A stretch of 64,000 bases of DNA from positions 1,302,001 through 1,366,000 of the forward strand of contig CP075497.1 of NCBI GenBank assembly GCA_021613535.1. The letters are read 5' to 3'. The notes below the pieces were generated by a model that saw nothing but the letters and a program-made list of their open reading frames with translations, was not told the origin of the DNA and ran no database searches. Position numbers and translations under genes: made by a program. Origin of the DNA: Adineta vaga (lineage: Eukaryota > Animalia > Rotifera). Of this stretch, positions 60,367 through 64,000 are shown one piece after another (position 1 is the stretch's first letter; the number at the start of each line of letters is the position of its first letter).

Positions 60367-62846
60367 CTAGAAATCTGTTGTTTCTCCAGGTGAACTTAAA
60401 GTGCTATTACGAATTGAAGAAGCACGAATATTATTTGTTTGAGTATTATTATTATTATTATTTGATTTAGCAGCAGCCATTCGATTATTTAATTCTGAAA
60501 TTAACTTTCCCACATTAACAGAATCATTTGTTTGTGTTGACGTATTTTCATGAATTGTTGTTTGTTCACAATAAGAATTATTACTATTCGTTTGCAGTGG
60601 AATTGAAAGTCTTTCTTTTGACCGAAGAATTGGTGAAGCAACAACAACAACTGGTGGAGGAAGAGGTGGGGGAGCTGTTGGACGATCTAATGGAATTCCA
60701 TCACTTGGTGTACGACGATGAGTTTTATCATTTTTCGTAAAACTTGATGAACTTGCAACTAGAAATAATAAATTTGAATGAATAAATAAAAAAATGAGAT
60801 TCATTATTTGATAAATTAAAGAGTTAAGAGAAAAAAAACGAGTAAAGCAAAGATAAAGCTTCTTTTTTTTAAACGAACAATTAAACATAAAAAAGCGAGC
60901 AAAAAATAGAAAGAAACCTCTTGTAAATCTTCTATAAATATTTTTGATTTGATTAGATGATTGAGATGATTCTTCCACACTTCTCGATATGAATAGTTTC
61001 GATTGAGTTTCATTACCTGATAAATTGTCAGTTAAAATTTGTTCAGATACATTTTCTTCATATAATATTTGTTGAGATGAAGAAGGAGGAGGAGGAGGAG
61101 GAGGCAGTGGAGCTTTATTTTTTCGACGTGTACCAGGTGAACTAAATTGATTTATTTAATCAGAAAGAAAAGAAAAGAAAAAGAAGGAACATACGGTTGT
61201 GCAGATCCTGAAGAAAGTGGATTTTCTAATAAATTTTCCGATGAATTTGATCGACTTTTGGAATGAAATTCCGTTGGAATAAGATCAGGTTGAGATTTAA
61301 ATGATTTTGTTATTTGTTCTTGTTGTGGAAATAATTGTTTCGAATAATTAATCATTAATTCAAGAATCATTGAACCACTTGTATATGATGATGTTGTTGT
61401 TGTTTGATCTTTTGGATATAAAATACTACATCCAATACAAATACCTAAATTAGCTGCATTCATTTTATTTTCTGCAGAATATTCAGCAACACGTGATAAA
61501 AAACGAATTAAATAAAAAAGATTATCATAATGAATTTTAGGTAATTGAGATATTAATTGAGAAATACGTTGAACACGTAATTGTTCATTACTAGAATATA
61601 TATAAAAGAAAATATGTTTTCAAAAATGAAAAGAAAAAGAAAGTAAACCTTAATTGTGGAATTTGATTCCATTGTTGAAAAAGTGTTGATGTAAGTAAAC
61701 AATCAGGTAATTCTCTTAAATATTGTTTTAATGTATTAGCAGGAACATGTGGATCATAAGAAAGTTCATTTAAAGTTGAAATTCGATCAATTAATTGTAA
61801 ATCTAATTCTTGAATAAATTTCTTTTGTTTATTATGTGCTGATGCAATACGAAAAAGGCCTTCTTCTCTTAAATTATTTTCTAATAATTTAATACAAATT
61901 TCAATTGGATAAGCAATTGTTGTATCATATCGTTTTGAACAATGTTTTATTAAATCATAATGAAATGATGGTATTAATTCATATTCTTCTAATCTTTGTT
62001 CAATTATTGGAATTCTTAATGATAAATATTTTGATATTTCAGAATAAAAAATATTTTGTTCAAATAAATATTGTGAAAATAAATTTTGTGTAAGAAAATG
62101 TTCTTCATTAGCAAATTTATATGTTTCAGTAACATAAATATCTCGTGTTAATGTTCGTGTTTGTTCACAATCATTACGAATATCTTCTAATTCATGTGAA
62201 CGTTCATCATAATTTGTTAATTGATAACGATCAGATCGAGTTTGAAATTTTTTTAGATTTGAATCAGCTGTTTCCAAACGTTTTTGAGCTTTTTCATAAT
62301 TTTCTTTCACTTCTGTCATTGTTTGACGAATAGTTGACTAAATTATAAAGATTTCAAAAAACTAAAAAGTAAAAAAAATCAAACAAACTTGTTTTTCTTT
62401 TGCTTGATCAATAATTTTTTTAATTTGTTCAAGAGATTCTTTTCTTCTTAAATCAATAAAATCATGTATTTGTACTAAATCATCAATTGTACGATTAAGA
62501 ATTGATGAAGCACCATTTGGACCATATGGAGAACGATAATTTTTCGCCACTTCACTTGAACGAAAATCTTTAAATGATTTCGATATTTCATTATCGAAAC
62601 TTTTATTTAACTAAAATGAAATTCTATTTTCATTTTCTTATTTATTAAAACAATTCAACTTACAAAATCTTTATCTGTTTTATAAATATCAGATAAAACT
62701 TTACAAGCATCTCGAATATATCGAACTCGATTATAACAATCTGGTACATCATCATTTCTAAATAAGAATTTTCAATGAAAGAAATTCTTTTGAAAAAATA
62801 AAATCATTTACTTTGTTCCCGAGATAAATGGACGTAATTTATTCAT
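60367..62846 (-). CDS. BAR-domain Rho GTPase-activating protein (ARHGAP17/44, SH3BP1-like)
   Basis: N-terminal helical BAR-like region; GAP motifs EEGLFRI, DPHVPANTLKQYLRELPDCLLT, NKMNAANLGICIG; proline-rich tracts; PDZ-ligand-like end ETTDF*. Confidence 0.88.
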
Positions 62847-63234
62847 CTAAAATGAATTTATTTAAAAGTTTTTTCTCGAATGATCGTGATCAAATAAAAT
62901 CGAAAGATTGATTTTTAATGATTATTTATTAAAAAAAGAATCTTTCTTCGAAATTCAAATCGATTTATTCCTTTTAATATATAATAATAATAATCATCAA
63001 ATCTTTTTAATTTATTTGATTAGAATCAATCAATCAATCATTTACAAAAACAAAATATTTATTTCATTTTATATTTTTTATATTTTCTTTTTTAGTTTAA
63101 GAAAAAAATTAAAAGAATAATTTCATTTTTAAATTCAAAATTTGATTTTCGCAAGATGTCGCTCATTTACAATGTAAAGAGAATGAATAGGATGAGATTA
63201 TTTTCTATTTTTATAATCAAATGAAACCTATTCA

Positions 63235-63623
63235 ATGAATTTGTTGAAAAACTTTCTGTTTTTTTCTTTTCTTATTTCATTTCTAATGAATAACATCGAA
63301 GAATATTCTTTACCTACGAATTCTATTTCAATAATTGATGAAAATAATTCTTATGAAAGATCATTTCAAGATTCTAATTGGACTATACAACGAGAAACAT
63401 CAATTACTATTGAGTATAAATTCAGATTTTTTTTCATAGGTTTTATTCATTTATTCTTCTTTTTTCCAGTAAGAGTATCAATAATTCATCAATATGTTTT
63501 TCAAAGAAAATTCAAATTTTATTTGGAATATTTCTACTTATTGTAATTATTTTATCTATATTATTACCAATAATAGTATGTGTTATATATCCTCGTTATA
63601 TTTCATCATCAAAATACAAGTAA
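63235..63623 (+). CDS. Possible small single-pass membrane protein
   Basis: Signal-like N-terminus and a downstream exon-like TM segment ILFGIFLLIVIILSILLPIIVCVIY; splicing uncertain. Confidence 0.3.
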
Positions 63624-64000
63624 ATGGGAAAAAAGTTTTCAACAATTTGGATTGGTGAATTGTTTTTATTTCCTAATGTGATCAGAACAAAGTTCTAATA
63701 CATAAAAGTTTGAAAAGTGCATTGTCTTAATTTAATATGCTACATTCAAAAAGATGTCGGAGAACAACAACACGTAGTTGTAAGGTTTTAAAATTAATTC
63801 TTCGAATAGCAATAGAATTTGTATGTTCTACCACCGTATAACATTAGTATGAAGGAATAATATAATCAATTCATTCATCTGTATCACAACATATATCAAA
63901 AACTTCTACATCGTATCTCTATAGGGTATGTACTGTGGTGCTTTCATTCAATACATCGAATCTTGAAAAATATTGTCTGTTATTATTGTATGACAGATGT

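Noticed and set aside
1-64000. tRNA, rRNA or autonomous transposon genes
   Set aside because: No cloverleaf, rRNA-like segment, transposase or reverse transcriptase ORF recognised by eye.

Overview
AT-rich eukaryotic genomic DNA, gene-dense, with short (about 50-65 nt) GT-AG introns. It is most consistent with a bdelloid rotifer (inference from ART-TPR, F-box and GPCR family members typical of bdelloid expansions, intronless foreign-looking metabolic genes, and TGTGGG telomere-type repeats). Intron-rich animal genes: NCS-type EF-hand protein, progranulin, Kir channel, EFCAB6-like, UBX protein, CCDC42-like, V-ATPase subunit a, P4-ATPase flippase, neutral ceramidase, BAR-RhoGAP. Intron-poor accessory or candidate horizontally acquired genes: an AmtB/MEP-type ammonium transporter, a CDP-alcohol phosphotransferase fused to a PhyH-like Fe(II)/2OG dioxygenase, a REC-like/ART/TPR protein, an AIG1-type GTPase, a YwrD-type gamma-glutamyltransferase and a homocysteine S-methyltransferase. 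Several decaying pseudogenes and MITE-like elements are also present. Most notable: (1) the lipid phosphotransferase-dioxygenase fusion; (2) two head-to-tail gene pairs only 20 and 39 bp apart, with AATAAA directly followed by an unpaired splice acceptor, suggesting operons resolved by SL trans-splicing; (3) an ADP-ribosyltransferase with a TPR array showing 4-repeat periodicity; (4) dispersed hairpins built from inverted telomere-like repeats. Exon boundaries were read by eye and are approximate. No database searches were run.
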